Source of the DNA: Candidatus Woesearchaeota archaeon
Lineage (GTDB): Archaea; Nanobdellota; Nanobdellia; Pacearchaeales; GW2011-AR1
DNA: 32,251 bases
Direction of reading: 5' to 3'
Assembly: GCA_964407005.1 (NCBI GenBank)
Contig: CAYOTW010000003.1
Location: forward strand, 1 to 32,251
Positions 30,300 to 32,251 of this stretch are shown in pieces. The translations under genes and the position numbers were made by a program. Within the stretch, counting starts at the first letter, position 1. Every line of letters starts with the position of its first letter. The notes beneath the pieces are model-generated. The model was not told where the DNA came from, did not search any database, and was given only the letters and a program-made list of their open reading frames with translations.

Positions 30300-32251
30300 C
30301 CTCTAAACTTCAAATCATCCAATCCGCCATACTTTGCATCTTCTGGAAGGTTTTTTTGATAAAACTCTTCATGGGTCAAAATCTCTTCTGGATAATTTGT
30401 CTCCCAAATTTTAATTGGGCCTCTAAACCCTTGATAATAAACAAATTCTTCTACAGGAGCCCCTTGTTCTTGCAACCCAGAAATAACAGGAGAATCCTGG
30501 GCATGAGCTAGTTCAAAAGGATAAAGGTCTTGAGGATCATTCATTAAATATAATTGTGCAAACAAACTATCTTGAGTCCTTTCAGACAAATAAATCAATG
30601 CCCCAATCCTATCAATAGATAAACCCTGCTGAGATTGCCCAACAGAAGGAATCAAAATAATAGTATTTTCAATACCTTCTTCAAATTCAAAAAATTCATT
30701 ATTGTAATAAACATTTTTTAAAGGAACTTCATACTGCTGATTATTATACCTAAAAATTCCTTTAGGTTGTTTTAAGTCTTCCCCCATCTCTAATAAAACT
30801 CCTGCAAAAACAGCCCTACCTTTAGGTAAAAGAATATCATTATACATTATATCCTGATCAATATAATTTCCTCCTTGGTAAAAATAAGTAACAGAATTAT
30901 TTTTTTCAATAGTCTGTTGAGGATTTTTGATTGCAATTGGAATCTGTGAAGCCCTATCGCTCACTTCCTCACTATCTCCAATAGAGGAATAAGCTCCATA
31001 CTTTCCTAAATCTGTTTGATCAATTAATAAATAAGAAACATTTCTAGTTTTAAGTAAACTCATTGCACTATCTGGATTTGGAGTGGTCAAAACATATCTC
31101 CCAAAATAATGATTTAAAATTCCCTGAAAATGTCCTCCGTCTGAAATAGTCGGCCTTTCTCCTAAATATTGGACCCAATAACCATAATCCCACCAGTGTG
31201 CAAAAACATCATCTTCAGAAGTATTTTCCTTCACCCAGGACATTGCTTTTTGCCATTGAGCATTTGCAGAAGGCCCAGTATACTGGGCTTGAGAAGAGAT
31301 AACTGCAACATTAGTATTTAGACTAAATAATGTAGCTATAATAGCTATAATTAATAAAGCTCCTAAAATAACTTTAAGAACATCGTCTTTTGAATCTTTT
31401 AATTTTTTATAAACCAGGATTATAAACCACCCAGCCATAAACACGACAAAAGGGGTTATTGCAAAGAATAATCTCGCAGCCCCTCTTGCAGCAATCAACA
31501 TAAAAATTGTCCAAGAGAAAACAAAAATCTCTGCATTATTTATTTTTTCAATCTTCTTATTCAAATAAAGCCACAACGAATAAATAAATAATCCAATAAT
31601 CGGCAACACATAAAATAAAATACTCAAAAAACTAGTTCCATTTAAGATTAAGGAATTTGGAGAAATTCTCGAGAAAATAATCCCAAAAATCATTAAAACC
31701 CATAATAAACTAAACCCTATTTGGTGTTTTTTCTTTTTAACAAATCTTGAAAAATTTATCCCAAATAAAATCAAGCCTCCAAAAAATAACCAAAACAATA
31801 TCTTTCCAGTTTGGTTAATCCAATCACCTAAGTAAGGTTGTTTATTCTCTGCAACTGTCAACCCGAGCCTACTAGTCCCAAAAGGGTGTAACAGTCTATG
31901 AAAGATGTCTGAAAGGGTATCAAAAAGGTTTCCACTTAAAACTAAAAATAATAATCCTAATATTAAGATAATAATAAAAGAATAAAATACCCTATATTTT
32001 TTATTAACCTTCTTAAAATTTTTCTTAACTAAAATGTAATCAATTATAATAAATGCAAAAACAAAAGATGCAAGCAATCCTGAAGAAGAAAAAATATATT
32101 TTGTTAATACATTAAAACCTGCAAAAATTCCAAATAATATCGAAGAAATAAACCAAGAGGAATAAAATAAAATACCTTTCAAATTTTGTTTATTCACAAT
32201 CCAGTAAATCAAAAAAGCCAAAGGAAAAATCATAAAAATAAACTTGGCAAT
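30296..32251 (-). CDS. aglB: Oligosaccharyltransferase AglB (STT3 family); N-terminus probably outside the window
   Basis: WWDYGYW motif (AHWWDYGYWVQY), a multi-TM N-terminal half and a soluble C-terminal domain. The frame stays open from the ATG at 32233 to the window edge. ATGA overlap with the rSAM gene. Confidence 0.9.
   Translation of the reverse strand: MAKFIFMIFPLAFLIYWIVNKQNLKGILFYSSWFISSILFGIFAGFNVLTKYIFSSSGLLASFVFAFIIIDYILVKKNFKKVNKKYRVFYSFIIILILGLLFLVLSGNLFDTLSDIFHRLLHPFGTSRLGLTVAENKQPYLGDWINQTGKILFWLFFGGLILFGINFSRFVKKKKHQIGFSLLWVLMIFGIIFSRISPNSLILNGTSFLSILFYVLPIIGLFIYSLWLYLNKKIEKINNAEIFVFSWTIFMLIAARGAARLFFAITPFVVFMAGWFIILVYKKLKDSKDDVLKVILGALLIIAIIATLFSLNTNVAVISSQAQYTGPSANAQWQKAMSWVKENTSEDDVFAHWWDYGYWVQYLGERPTISDGGHFQGILNHYFGRYVLTTPNPDSAMSLLKTRNVSYLLIDQTDLGKYGAYSSIGDSEEVSDRASQIPIAIKNPQQTIEKNNSVTYFYQGGNYIDQDIMYNDILLPKGRAVFAGVLLEMGEDLKQPKGIFRYNNQQYEVPLKNVYYNNEFFEFEEGIENTIILIPSVGQSQQGLSIDRIGALIYLSERTQDSLFAQLYLMNDPQDLYPFELAHAQDSPVISGLQEQGAPVEEFVYYQGFRGPIKIWETNYPEEILTHEEFYQKNLPEDAKYGGLDDLKFRG

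Overview
This is a visibly AT-rich archaeal chromosome segment. Gene content and small gene size suggest a DPANN-like lineage, which is an inference. The window has four blocks.

(1) 1-1976: the 3' end of a tyrosine recombinase, three hypothetical ORFs, and a Zn-ribbon/'Recombinase'-domain protein that lacks a resolvase catalytic domain.

(2) 1977-7113, minus strand: the classical archaeal S13-S4-S11-RpoD-tRNA(Leu)-L18e-L13-S9 cluster, then DUF655-RpoF-L21e. RpoN is missing from its usual place after S9 and sits alone at 11466-11663.

(3) 7191-18616: an S-layer-domain-like protein with a MacB/FtsX-type ABC transporter, an orphan 5S rRNA, a small secreted protein with a PEP-CTERM-like tail, three tRNAs, a GH130-like glycosidase, and secF-secD.

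(4) 18619-32251: a surface-glycan island. It encodes a flippase, two GT4 enzymes, a GT-D-like enzyme, a sulfotransferase, two methyltransferases, an HpcH/HpaI-type aldolase, a CMP-sugar synthetase, a Cst/Maf-like transferase, a radical-SAM/SPASM protein, and AglB (STT3), which runs off the window.

The most unusual signal is non-coding. All four tRNA genes in the window are followed by short gene-less arrays that repeat the tRNA's own 3' end. Gly has 5 exact copies, Leu-CAA 3, Arg 2 and Leu-AAG 2. The copies are separated by hairpin-rich inserts of 44-111 nt.

An identical 48-nt two-hairpin module occurs downstream of both tRNA-Leu(CAA) and tRNA-Gly(TCC). Its H1 hairpin is capped by a GCAA tetraloop. 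In each case it is inserted at exactly the same tRNA coordinate (T-stem 61|62) inside a partial T-arm/acceptor copy of the local tRNA. I could not match this arrangement to a described element class. Candidate explanations are miniature tRNA-targeting integrative or transposable cassettes, intron-like insertions, and processed structured RNAs. None of these can be decided from sequence alone.
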